The translations under genes and the position numbers were made by a program. Positions 53,271 through 64,000 of a stretch of 64,000 nucleotides of DNA are shown here, one piece after another. A model generated the notes under the pieces. It saw only the letters and a list, made by a program, of their open reading frames with translations. It was not told where the DNA came from and ran no database searches. The stretch is from Corallochytrium limacisporum Hawaii (Eukaryota; Protista; Pluriformea), in the NCBI GenBank assembly GCA_002811645.1, contig PDIP01000019.1, forward strand, positions 186,588-250,587, read 5' to 3'. Position 1 is the first letter of the stretch, and every line of letters starts with the position of its first letter.

Positions 53271-55319
53271 ATGACAGAGAACACAAACGGACACGTCCCT
53301 GAACCGGGCGTCCCTGCCCCTGATTCGGGCGTCCCTGCCCCTGAACCGGGCGCCCCTGCCCCTGAACCGGGCACCCCTGTCCCTGACGAAGTTGTGGCCA
53401 ACGGCAAATCTCCGGAGAAGGATTTCAAGATTGAACAAGCCGAACGTCCACCGTCAAACATCAACGACATGTACGATACTGAGCGTATTGACTCACGCAT
53501 TCAGTCAAGCAAGCGCGCCCACGTAGGCAAAGTCCATCGTCTGGAATGGAGTAACCTGAGGTACTCTGTTGACATCAATGTGCCAAAGAGTGCGAAGAAA
53601 AACGATGTCGAAGCTGGTGAGTTCAAGAAGGAGCACAAGAAGCGGATTCTTCGCGGAATCACTGGTTACGTTGAATCCCGGGAAATGTTTGCCATCCTCG
53701 GTGCTTCTGGTGCAGGCAAGACCACCATGCTGGACGCGTTGAGTGGTCGACTCCCCTCTAAAGACCTGAACGTTGACTTCAAGATGAACAATGAACCCAC
53801 CCCGATCTCCAAGGCCATGGAAAGGGCGGCCTACGTGCAGCAGAGTGACGAGCTGTATCCTATGCTAACGGTCTACGAAACCATCATGTATGCGGCCAAG
53901 CTGAAGATTAACAAGAGTCAAGAGGAAAGGGAAGACATTGTCGAGGAGATTCTCGACGATTTGCAGCTGAACAAGGCGAGGGATACTCGGGTAGGCAATG
54001 ACATTTACCGTGGTGTGTCCGGTGGTGAGCGTCGTCGTGTCACTATTGGTGTGGAAATTGTTGCACGTCCCGATATTATTATTCTCGATGAGCCCACCAG
54101 CGGTTTGGATAGCTCCACCGCTGCAAACGTTTGTTCGGTACTGCGCACACTGGCCAAGCAGGGCCGCATTGTCATCTGCACAATCCATCAACCGAGCGCT
54201 CGTCTCATTACCATGTTTGACAGAATGACCTTCCTAGGCGAAGGACGTACCATCTACGATGGTAAGCCTGCCGATGTTGGACAATACTTCAGTAAGCAGT
54301 TCCAAATCACCATGCCACGTCACGTCAACGTGGCCGAGTTTGTGCTGGATGTCGCTGAAACTGCCCTGGCCGGACAAGACGGTCTTACGATGGACATGCT
54401 GCATTCGGGATGGGATGACTACAGTGGACTTCAAGTCCGGGGCAGTGACCTGGAGCCGAAACCTCATTCTCATGCTCTTCACTTCCCCAAGTCTTCTAAA
54501 GATCTATACGCAAACAACATGTTTTCGGAGATCGCAGTCCTTACCCATCGTGCATCTCTCAACAACACACGCAATCCGGAATTAATGTTTGCGGCTATTG
54601 GTATCTCCATTTTCAATGGTATCATTCTTGGTCTGCTGTACCGTGATGCTTTCAACTCAGCACTTGCAACCGTCACCATACCTGGTTTCATTGCATTCAC
54701 CCTGGCCTTGTACAGTTTCACCCAAGCAGACGCCTTGCCGATCTTTCTTCAAGAACGAGAAATTCTGAAGCGTGAGATCAGTCGGTGGTCATACCGTGTG
54801 ATCAGTTACACTGTGGCTAGCAGTCTTGTGTGGCCTCCTATCAAGCTGATTCCTGCACTGTTGTACACTCTCGCAACATTCTGGCTTCTAGGATTGAGCG
54901 GAGCCGGGCTCTTCTTCTTCATTGTCTTTGTGCTTACCGTTGCCCAGCTCGCGGCCCAGGCCTTTTGTCTGGTTGTCAGCGTTAACGCACCCAACTTCCC
55001 AACCGCAAATGTACTGGCCATCAGCTCCATTGCTTTCATGTTCCTATTCTCTGGATACTTCATCCCGCCAGATGAGATGCCTGACTATCTCGCTTGGATT
55101 CGCTACTTCTCTCTTCTGCGGTACGGTATCAATTCTTTGGTCATTGCTGTCTTTGAGGGCAGCCAGAGCGATCCCGAAGTTGTCGCACTCTTCGACACAT
55201 ACGACCTCACTGGGCAGAGCAAGTGGCAAGGCGTGGGTATCCTCATTGCATTCTACTTTGGCTTCCGCTTTATCTTCTTCATTCTCCTGTGGCTCAAGAC
55301 TCGTCGCCACAATGCATAA
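53271..55319 (+). CDS. ABCG (White/ABCG2-type) half transporter
   Basis: Walker A GASGAGKTT, signature VSGGERRR, LDEPTSGLDS, CTIHQP, then a 6-TM ABC2 membrane domain (NBD-TMD order). Confidence 0.96.
   Translation: MTENTNGHVPEPGVPAPDSGVPAPEPGAPAPEPGTPVPDEVVANGKSPEKDFKIEQAERPPSNINDMYDTERIDSRIQSSKRAHVGKVHRLEWSNLRYSVDINVPKSAKKNDVEAGEFKKEHKKRILRGITGYVESREMFAILGASGAGKTTMLDALSGRLPSKDLNVDFKMNNEPTPISKAMERAAYVQQSDELYPMLTVYETIMYAAKLKINKSQEEREDIVEEILDDLQLNKARDTRVGNDIYRGVSGGERRRVTIGVEIVARPDIIILDEPTSGLDSSTAANVCSVLRTLAKQGRIVICTIHQPSARLITMFDRMTFLGEGRTIYDGKPADVGQYFSKQFQITMPRHVNVAEFVLDVAETALAGQDGLTMDMLHSGWDDYSGLQVRGSDLEPKPHSHALHFPKSSKDLYANNMFSEIAVLTHRASLNNTRNPELMFAAIGISIFNGIILGLLYRDAFNSALATVTIPGFIAFTLALYSFTQADALPIFLQEREILKREISRWSYRVISYTVASSLVWPPIKLIPALLYTLATFWLLGLSGAGLFFFIVFVLTVAQLAAQAFCLVVSVNAPNFPTANVLAISSIAFMFLFSGYFIPPDEMPDYLAWIRYFSLLRYGINSLVIAVFEGSQSDPEVVALFDTYDLTGQSKWQGVGILIAFYFGFRFIFFILLWLKTRRHNA
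53295..53386 (+). repeat. 21-bp coding tandem repeat (~4 copies; PEPGVPA-like heptads)
   Basis: cctgaaccgggcgtccctgcc units encoding PEPGVPA/PDSGVPA/PEPGAPA/PEPGTPV. Confidence 0.9.
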
Positions 55320-55715
55320 GCTGCCAAAGCATATAACAAAAACATCATTTAGAAATCATAGACGTGGGACTCGAGAACAGCCCTGGTGAACACCAAAGTG
55401 CTCGCAGGCAACGATCCTAACTCAATACATAACATAATGCACATCTCAAAACCAGTATTCACACCGTACCCGATTCCCATACCGAGAGTTCCGAAACACC
55501 CCCCCTTGGCGGGCCTTGTACTTAGAGCGCGAAGCCCAAGATCTCGCTGAGAAGCAGCGCAAGAAAACTGGTCCTGGACGACGTCGTTGAAACGGTCAAA
55601 ACATTGCCTTTGGTTTATGATACATTTTTCATTCTCATGAGTATGTGGCGTTGTGTATGTATTTGTACATATTGCAGATAAACCGGTCTCACAGAAGGCG
55701 TCCTTGCGTGTTGCT

Positions 55716-56708
55716 TCACTGGCCTTCAGGCGGACCGCCAGAACCACCCATAAACTGACGGCGCATCTGCTCAATCATTTCCGGGTTTTGCTGTGCAAAG
55801 TTCGCAGCCATCTGCATCATTTGAGGATTGTTCATCAAACCAGCCAGGTCAGGCATACCACCAGCACCAGCACCGGCACCAGCACCGGCACCGGCACCAC
55901 CGGCACCTCCTCCACCGCCTCCCATCATCTGCTGAGCCATCTGCATCAGCTGAGGATTGTTCATCAGACCAGCTAAGTCAGGCATACCGCCCATGCCTCC
56001 CGGCATACCACCCATACCTCCCGGCAAACCTCCGGGTGAAGCAGCAGGGTTGGCCTCCTTGGTCGCTGTACTGCCCGACTCTTCTCCCAGCTTCTTGTTT
56101 ACAGTCTGGATCATGTCCTTCACTCCCTGATTTGTTGGTTCCAGCGCGTTGGCCTTCTCGTAAGCTTTCAGGGCGCTGGCATAGTCCTTCAGGCAGTACT
56201 GGGCGTAACCCATGCGACTGTAGGGCTTGGCAAAGTTCTCATCGAGTAGAATGGCCTCCTCACAGTCTTCGATGGCTTTGTGATGGTTACCCTGGCTGCT
56301 GTAGGCGGCAGCACGATTGGAATAGTAGACCGCGAGCGGGTTCAGCTCAATGGCCTTAGTGTATGCCTCAATTGCCTTATCAAACTCCTTGTACTTCATC
56401 TTCTCGTTGCCTTGTGTCTTCAATTCATCAGCCTTGGCAGCAGTCTCTGGATCGATGTCCTTGACACTTGCCTTAGGAGCTGCCTTGGCTGCGGGACAGT
56501 GGTCCTTGAAGGCTCCCAAGAGGTGATTGTCACTGATGTGTGAGAACTCGTTGCCGTCGGCATCAATTTCGTAGGCCTCAGCAATGCACTGAATGGCCAC
56601 CTCAAGCGACTCCCCGGCGTCTTCAGAGAGACCACCACGGCCTGCGGCATCAGCCCGCAGGTGCTGAACGATGGCAAATGCCAACTGACGGTGTTCACTG
56701 CTCACCAT
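55716..56708 (-). CDS. SGTA: Sgt2/SGTA TPR co-chaperone (GET pathway)
   Basis: Dimerisation domain ESLEVAIQCIAEAYEI, three TPRs (LKTQGNEKM, YYSNRAAAY, YSRMGYA), duplicated MPDLAGLMNNPQ.MQMA C-terminal motif. ATG at 56708. Confidence 0.95.
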   Translation of the reverse strand: MVSSEHRQLAFAIVQHLRADAAGRGGLSEDAGESLEVAIQCIAEAYEIDADGNEFSHISDNHLLGAFKDHCPAAKAAPKASVKDIDPETAAKADELKTQGNEKMKYKEFDKAIEAYTKAIELNPLAVYYSNRAAAYSSQGNHHKAIEDCEEAILLDENFAKPYSRMGYAQYCLKDYASALKAYEKANALEPTNQGVKDMIQTVNKKLGEESGSTATKEANPAASPGGLPGGMGGMPGGMGGMPDLAGLMNNPQLMQMAQQMMGGGGGGAGGAGAGAGAGAGAGGMPDLAGLMNNPQMMQMAANFAQQNPEMIEQMRRQFMGGSGGPPEGQ

Positions 56709-59252
56709 ATCTGACCTAGAGGTGCTATATTTGCCCGTCGGAACCAACCACCGGTTTCTTTTTGTGTTTGTGAATGTTCATGATCAGGGTCCTTTCATCA
56801 ATAACAAGTAGCAAGGGGCTAATGAATAGCAGCAATCTACATAGATTCCACACATGTGTGAACCCAATACCCACGCAACCGACGGAACGGCTTGACAATT
56901 TGGGTGCTCCTTGTCACCCCTGGCCTTTGTGATTGTCAGATGGTGTTCCTAACACAGAAACAGTGGCTTTCAGAAACTGTGTGCTGAGTGTATCCCCACC
57001 CGAATGCCCCAGGGGGAATGTGTGTGGCCCGGAGGCGATTCGCCTGTTCCGGGGAGGGGATCTTTCGCGAACGAAAACGCAGGTAATATAATATACTTAA
57101 TTTTTGTAATTTACGAGCAAATTGTGTATATTAAATATATGAATAAGGATTGAAGCTAGGGGCAATACATGCCACCTCACGCACCCAAAACTGAATGAAA
57201 TTATTATGCGTCTCTGTTGTGTAATTTAAAAATACCGTATATCTATTGAGGAACTGAAAAAATATCTTTCCCCCGGGGGGAGGGGGGCTCGGAGAGTGCT
57301 TGCAGTATATAGCTCAGTAGTGCCTGGGTAGTGGGGTCCTGAACACACTGGGCGGACGGTACTTCCGGTGGGACCGCCCCGGGCTCGTCACTTGACAGGG
57401 GTGGTGTATATGTATGCATGCCAAAGGGGTTTGTATGGGTGGCGCTGCTGAAGTCCGGAAGTGTGTAAACCATTGCAAAGGAGTGACGTCCGTTAATACT
57501 CCTCATCAATGTCATTTCCTCCTGCTCGTCTCTCCGATGGGACATGTAAATTGCGACCTATCTGCGCACAGCAACAGCTCAAAAAAAAACTATGGCTCCA
57601 GACATCCTTTTCTGATTCTGAGTATGCCATGAGTTCTACTTGCCAATCTGAGCGATAGTACAACATGAGCACCCCACCAACTGCCAGTGGTTCGCCGTAA
57701 TGAAATGGGCAGTGGGATTGTGGTGCACCGAAATACACCGCACACAAAGCCAACGGAGAAATTGAGCATTCCGCATAAGAAACCACGATGTCCGCCGCTT
57801 GGCAAAATTGGAATGCATTGGAATGATGCTGCTTCTATGCACAATGCTGGTCAAGAGTTTCTCGGCGCCTTGCATCGCATAGCCGTCGCGGCTGTCCGTG
57901 GAGTGGTAGGTTCACCATTACGTCGCCCGTTGGCCTACCCGTCGCCACGAACCTCTAACCTTTCCGATACACTCACCGTATGCATCGCGAGAATGACGAA
58001 TATGGCAAGATTTTTTTACGGATGTTCTCTTTTTAGGAAAAGACGGGCCAGGTGGTCGGGCTGCCTTGGCTTTTCGTTCCAAGATTCACGGAAACTCGGA
58101 AGGTCGAGGGCACCACGCAATCGAGTTGGCAAGAGGCTGCAGTAGTAGTAAATGTATTGAAATCTGTAATAGACAAAAACGATATTCTCGGGACGCCGCG
58201 ACTAAAGATTTTTTTCCGAACTGAAAGCTCTTCGATTTGTTTGTGGGCCACTGTAAGTATTTTCTTAAGTCGCGGCTGGTAGTCACCCACTGCGGACTGC
58301 CAACTTGTCCGCCCTGTGTTTGGGAATGGTGTCTTTGGTGCACTGGCAGCAAGCCCACTTCTACGTGCTGTGCGGTTCCTATCAAGTGTACTGGATTATC
58401 ATGAACACAGATTCGTTTTCGCGCGTTTTGCAAAGCCAGCCACATGGCCCACATACATGAGGCTTCCAGTGGCTGAAAGCGATGCGTGTGTGACTTTGTG
58501 CCCGTCATTGGCCTTCGATGCTAAATGTAAGAGTAAATTAAGAAATGATCAGCATTGCTGATTAGCCCCAGATGCACAGCCGTATAGAAAGGAAAGGAAG
58601 TCCGTGCTCAACGGGTACAAGTCGTATATTCAGTACGAAAATGTTAGATCTTTGAGGCGTATGCGGCAAATGACCACCACTAATCCCAGGCAGTTGGGGA
58701 CACAGTTGCGAATGTGCATGTGCTCGGTTTCACAACCGAGCGTCGGCATCCACAATCTCTTCGACAGGTTCGCTTGCGGACGCGCAGGCGGCTTTAGGAC
58801 CCAGTTTCACCGGCAAAGCATTGTCTCACACGGCAGTGATATACCTGAACATGGACACCCCGTTCATTGAATCTTTCTATTCGCAGTACCCAGCTCTGTT
58901 TCGTATATACCAAAGACAGGTATAACATCCTAGGAATTGGGCTTAGATCATACGTGAACAATTCCGGTACCATGGGGTATCACTGCCGCACGATGTACGT
59001 ATTCACGTGCTGTGTTTTGGTCCACCGCATTGTCAGTTTCACAAACGCGTGATATGTGGGGCCAGATCGCTAAATCTTTACTGCCTTGGTTCTGGTATCA
59101 AAATAACCTCATTGTGGAGAGAATGGAGTACGTCTGCCATAATTTTCCATAATTCCCCGTGGCTCTCACTCATTGTCTGCGGATCAGCTTCTGTTGTGTC
59201 CGTCTAGGTTTCCGCAAAAGGTTCAACGGTTTGCTCGAGTACCAAGGAAAGC

Positions 59253-59357
59253 GGTACCAACGAGCGGACCCAGTTGTGGAGAGGTACTAACGGGCGGACC
59301 CAGTTGTGGTCATCGAAAAATGGGAGTCTGCGGATTGTATGGGAGTCTGCGGATTGT
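59253..59357. repeat. Two adjacent short tandem duplications (periods 30 and 19 bp)
   Basis: ggtac(c/t)aacg(a/g)gcggacccagttgtgg at 59253 and 59283; atgggagtctgcggattgt at 59320 and 59339. Confidence 0.85.
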
Positions 59358-59964
59358 TTAGTGCGATAGGGTGCTCGAAGAACAAGAGTGGCTAATTTTA
59401 TACAGTAGGATGGGTATGGGGTTCAGGGAGTTTTTTCGGCACATCCTACGATGGGACACCTGTGTCTTGGTGTGGTCACCCGGAGATAAGGTCGGCTTAG
59501 AGCTCTCAACTTGCCTCTCCCTTCTTCGAGACAGTGAAACCATGTATGATCGTACCCAGATGCATTGGTGGCACTCAAATATCCTTGAGAGTTTACTTCT
59601 GTGAATGGTTTGATTAGAAGCATGTCCATTCACATCTTACGCAACCCTGCTTCGCTTTGATGCAGTTTGGAATGAACTGTTGTCGGGACTATTGTGAATT
59701 GAAGTTGTGAATTGAATAGATAGGCGTAGTCCGGTAGGCCGCTACTGCCTTTAAGTTCTTTAAGTTCTATCCAACATAGGTGCGTATCCAACACCATGGG
59801 CCATCCATATCCAAGAGTTTTGATGGTCGGTGTCGAGCGCAGCTGAGCCGCGCGAGAAAAGTGGGCACTCTGTCGAGCGCCCCTTTTCCCCACTCCCCTT
59901 GTGATTCCCAAGAATGAAGGTCCGCAAAAGGCCTCCAAAAGGAAAGAAAGTTACGTAGTTGTGT

Positions 59965-60370
59965 ACCTTCCCCCGCACTGCTCACTCCCCGGCCTCCCGC
60001 TTGCCCACCCCCCCCTCCCCCTTCCCCCAACTCGTTTGGCTCTTCGCACTTCTTGTCCCTTCCGGTGTCTCTCTCGATCCCCGCCTCGCGGGGCCCCGAA
60101 AATTTTTCTTGAACGAAACTGAAGAAAAAATAGGGTCCCCCGCGAGGGGGGTGGAGGGGACGGACAGGGAGAAGTGGGGATCTCAAAAGAAGCGAAGGAA
60201 GAGAAAAAAGAGGGAGAGGGGGAGAAGGGGGGAGGGGGGAGGGAGGGAGAGATTGGGAGATCGAGAGCGAAGCGGACAAAGAATGCAATGGAACAGGCGC
60301 AATAAAATTTTTGCATTGTGGAGAAACTTCTCGCTATGGGTTGTGTGTGTGTGTGTGTGTTGGTGGGGGG
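59965..60370. promoter_or_regulatory. C-rich then G-rich island plus (GT)n upstream of the 641-aa membrane protein gene
   Basis: C runs at 59965-60095, purine/G runs at 60140-60260, (GT)n at ~60340-60361. Confidence 0.4.
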
Positions 60371-60714
60371 AGTGGGACCTCTCCGACGAGGTCGTTTCGT
60401 GAGTGTCTTGTGGTGCAGGAGTACAAATATGTTTGCTTGCTGCGATCTGCCGCTGCCATTGCGGTGGACAGCGCCCTTCTGCTCTGAACTTAGCGCGACC
60501 GGGTTGTCTGAGGGTTGACAGTTCATCACGCACTCACAAAGAAAAGATGTCCGTAGAAGCGACCCAAAGCAGTAGTGGAAAGGAATTGGACATCGGAGGA
60601 GGTAGAATCTGTTGACGCGTTGGTATGGTACTCAAATGATCTTGCTCTCTGTTGGCTGGAAGTCTTTGACACGAAGAAATCATAGCCTTAAAGAATTTCA
60701 AACAAACTGCAAAC

Positions 60715-62640
60715 ATGCCTCAGTTTGAAACGAGCTCGGGAAGCTTTAGCTTCTTCGCCCTGACCATGATGGGCATGGTCTTGGTGTTTGCTTCTATCGG
60801 TCTACCTTGGGGTGAATTCGGAGGGCTGTACTTCTACCTGACCGGCATCTGTGACAAACCCACTGCAGTGAATGCCACATGCGAAGATTATCACGTCTCC
60901 GATAATCGCACCACAGAGGCTCTGGTTTTAGTTTGCATCGGTGGCGGACTTATCTTTCTCGGCCTAATTACTCGAATCCTTGCTCTCGGGCTTGATGTTT
61001 CCAAGAAAACAAACAAGATTGTGCGCACAGTCGCGTCTTTATTCTACGTCGGCGGCAGCGCCATGGCGTGTTCTGCTTTGGCTCCTATGATATCCTTCCT
61101 GCGGCCTTGGCAGACCGGTGCTCTGAACGTTGGGGTCGTTGTGGTAATCGTAGGATCCTTTGTTTCTGCATTCTGCGGATTGGCCAGCGCCATCCTTTCC
61201 TACCCTCCAGAGAAATTGTTGAACGACAAACGCCCTGCGGTTCCGGCACGTGTCGAACATACCTACGAGGATCCCACAACATTGAAGTCAGACAGCTCAC
61301 GGGGCCATCAGGATGAAATCGAAGTAGTACATGACAAACATTCCGACATTGTGGAGGAGCAAGAACGTCGCCATTACAAGCGGGCTATGAAGGGTCTATT
61401 CGTCACTCTTCTGCTGATCGTTGGAATCGTTGGTACTGCTTTGACTGCTTCCTTGGTCCACAGCCAGGTTAACTTGCAGCCAAGTAAGTACACCGTCTCA
61501 TCTCGTTCTGCTACCTCACACCCCATCGTTGCAACCAGCATTTATACTCAAGACCCAGTGGTCTGGGCCCCTGCCGGACGCAACGGCCTCATAATGGTAA
61601 ATGAGAATCTGGCACAGCAACAAGCAATGAACTTCAATGAGCTCAGTGACTGTGACTCTCTCTCTGTGATGCACGTGAACGTCACTCAGAATCTTAACAG
61701 AGAGCCCGATAACATCATTCTCTGCATGAGTTCTCGTAACGGCGCCGTCAACCATCGCTACCAGCTGGCGAGCAGCAACCTTGGAATCATTCCCGGATTC
61801 GAGCCGATCACTTGCGGTACAACCTGTCAAATCACTGCTGACGAAATCAATATGGTCTTCTGGGTCGCTGGTGGCGATAGTGGTGTTGTGACCATCTTGA
61901 ACCTGGAATATCCTGCGGAACCGTACAATCCCAACGCTCGGCCCACTCCATTGACCCTTACCGGATGGCAACACACCGTTGATACCGTGTTCTACGTTCA
62001 GCCTATTCCAATTGACGCTGAGTTATCGTCCGAAGGCATGCCTTTCGTCCTCATGACCACCATGGATACAAATGGTACATTCTACATTGACGCTGCCACT
62101 TACAACGACGTCACTGGTGAACTTGAGTTCTACAACACTCTGGCTCTGAAAAACACCAATGAGAACCCCGACGTCTTTGTACAACCTCGTCTAGGTATGA
62201 CTCAGAGTCCTAATGTAGTGACTTTCCGACCGGTTATGTACCGTACTTCAGATGGTGAAATTCTGGCTCAACCCGACACTGGCGTTCACTTCCTCATTTA
62301 CGACGGAAGCAAGTTCCAGACGTTCTACTTCGACACTACTATTGCTCCTTCCATCGGACCCCTCAGTGAAGTGATTGACAGCTTAATGAATCCCTTCGCG
62401 GATATATGGGTTCTGATGGAAGATGATACCGGTGAACAAATAACCGCATATGCTGTTGACGAATACGGCATGATCACGTTGTCAGACTTATCAGATGACA
62501 CACATCCAAAGTATGCCTTCAAGTATATCGAGTCTCATGCGACCGACACCCCCACGGGCATCGCTGTACTGATTGATGTCAACGCCATTGTATTGACTCT
62601 CAACCACGGGGGGGTATTGACAATTGAAGATTATGGTTAA
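60715..62640 (+). CDS. Multi-pass membrane protein: claudin/PMP22-like four-TM module, fifth TM and large extracellular domain
   Basis: TM1 ending in LPW, loop with two Cys (GIC-x9-C) and N-glycosylation sequons, TM2-4, charged loop, TM5, then a ~390 aa beta-rich domain. Confidence 0.8.
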   Translation: MPQFETSSGSFSFFALTMMGMVLVFASIGLPWGEFGGLYFYLTGICDKPTAVNATCEDYHVSDNRTTEALVLVCIGGGLIFLGLITRILALGLDVSKKTNKIVRTVASLFYVGGSAMACSALAPMISFLRPWQTGALNVGVVVVIVGSFVSAFCGLASAILSYPPEKLLNDKRPAVPARVEHTYEDPTTLKSDSSRGHQDEIEVVHDKHSDIVEEQERRHYKRAMKGLFVTLLLIVGIVGTALTASLVHSQVNLQPSKYTVSSRSATSHPIVATSIYTQDPVVWAPAGRNGLIMVNENLAQQQAMNFNELSDCDSLSVMHVNVTQNLNREPDNIILCMSSRNGAVNHRYQLASSNLGIIPGFEPITCGTTCQITADEINMVFWVAGGDSGVVTILNLEYPAEPYNPNARPTPLTLTGWQHTVDTVFYVQPIPIDAELSSEGMPFVLMTTMDTNGTFYIDAATYNDVTGELEFYNTLALKNTNENPDVFVQPRLGMTQSPNVVTFRPVMYRTSDGEILAQPDTGVHFLIYDGSKFQTFYFDTTIAPSIGPLSEVIDSLMNPFADIWVLMEDDTGEQITAYAVDEYGMITLSDLSDDTHPKYAFKYIESHATDTPTGIAVLIDVNAIVLTLNHGGVLTIEDYG

Positions 62641-62716
62641 TGCACGGGGAGTAAAATCAAAAACAAACAGCCAACTAGTTACAATAAAGAATTCATATAC
62701 GTCATCAAGCGATGTA

Positions 62717-63400
62717 CTATGAGTGACCGTCACCAATGAATGGGTTTTCAGATGTGACGTGATTGTGCTGTGCCCAGATCCAACCACGAAGAAATTGCTT
62801 GTGCTCAAATTCAAGATACTTCATATCCATGAGTGCGTGGTGGGCGTCCAAGGGGCTGACTGTCGGTCCAAGGTGGCTATCGTCATCGAGCTCAGAGATA
62901 TCATCGAGGGCATCCACGCTACCAAATACGTTCCCACTCTCTTGGGGACTGGTGCGTTTGATCATCTGAAGACGATCGGCCAATGTCAATGGGGGCATGT
63001 CATCATCGTCCTCGCCGAAATCGAGATCAAGATCCCTCTCAGCACTCCCAAACGGGCTACGTCTCGCACTCATTGACCCGTGTTCTGAAAGAGAGTCTTT
63101 TAGGACATTCGGATTAACAACAGGTGCATCAGTTGTACTGTGTTTTTTGTGCTTCCTCAGCCGAGGCTGTCCACGCCTTCTGGATTGGGCTTGGCTACCA
63201 AAGGGTTGCAACGATTTAGAGTCACGCAAAGACTTTAGTGGTGATGATGAGACATACTCGTGCCTAAATGGACCCTCCCTGGTGCAAGTACGCATGTAGT
63301 CTTCACATACCGTCAAGAATGCCTGGTCGAGTAGGTCCGGAATCTTACGTAGCGCCTCTCTCACAGTCTCCAGCTCGTGGATGATAGTCGAGGTCTCCAT
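62717..63400 (-). CDS. Hypothetical protein (227 aa)
   Basis: ORF convergent with the upstream gene; first ATG at 63400; helical N-terminus, basic then acidic disordered middle. Confidence 0.65.
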   Translation of the reverse strand: METSTIIHELETVREALRKIPDLLDQAFLTVCEDYMRTCTREGPFRHEYVSSSPLKSLRDSKSLQPFGSQAQSRRRGQPRLRKHKKHSTTDAPVVNPNVLKDSLSEHGSMSARRSPFGSAERDLDLDFGEDDDDMPPLTLADRLQMIKRTSPQESGNVFGSVDALDDISELDDDSHLGPTVSPLDAHHALMDMKYLEFEHKQFLRGWIWAQHNHVTSENPFIGDGHS

Positions 63401-64000
63401 GCCCGTCACCGTCACATATCGTTTCCACCGAGCAGGACCTGTCTATAAATTGGGATCATTGGTAAATAACATTTTTTTCATTATGTACAAACTGACTCAG
63501 TGATCCTGATAAGACCCGTGTTTGACATACCCCATCCACCCAATTGGTCTCATGGCCCCAAACTGCGCACAAAGGGAAGTCGTCCCATCTCTCCCCTCGA
63601 CCTTTCGCCCGGGGAGTTGGTCGGCAATGCGCGCGGACCAGTGCACACACACTGGAGGTTGGCAAACGGCGCCAAAAAATATGGTTAAGTTCCCAAAGCC
63701 CGCCGCCTTCCCTCCCTTCGCGCTTGCACACCGGCTTCCCCTCCCACTTTCCGCAGGGGCTCTCCCCTCTCTCCCGCCCCGGGTGCCCAACCCCACTACA
63801 CCCCAGGGCGAAAAAGAGGGAGGGGGGTTCCTCCATCTCAGTGGCGACAGTGCGAGAAAATAGGCCCCTGATCAATCCAGAAGTTGACCACCTGGGAATC
63901 CAGCCAATGGGGAACAGCAGGGGGGAGGGGTGTGTGTGTGTGTGTTGGCAGTACCACCCTCTGTCTGGGAATATTGTATCAAATCTACTCATTTTGATTT

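Overview
Gene-dense eukaryotic nuclear DNA in which about 20 genes read as single uninterrupted ORFs with no introns evident. A forkhead factor, kynureninase and an animal-like Rpn8 suggest an intron-poor opisthokont, probably a unicellular holozoan (inference; a Corallochytrium-like genome would fit). Recognisable genes: forkhead TF, kynureninase, atypical DEAD-box helicase, Aim25/scramblase, Slp1/SUCO SUN protein, UBAC2/Dsc2-like protein, alpha/beta hydrolase, Nup160, Med10, Vac14, Rpn8, eIF3c, m-AAA protease, ABCG half-transporter and Sgt2/SGTA, plus several orphans. The standout is a biliverdin-type phytochrome (PAS-GAF-PHY-HisKA-HATPase-REC, 43714-46542) between eIF3c and the m-AAA protease. 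Its photosensory motifs and ATP-binding boxes are intact, but the phospho-accepting His, part of the DHp hairpin and the receiver Asp appear lost, making it a candidate light-sensing pseudo-histidine kinase. Also notable: a forkhead protein with a histone-H1-like Lys/Ala tail facing a ~10 kb ORF-poor region, a claudin-like tetraspan fused to a fifth TM and a large ectodomain, and poly-G/poly-C islands found upstream of genes but never between convergent genes. No tRNA, rRNA, CRISPR or clear mobile element was seen. There are two N gaps.
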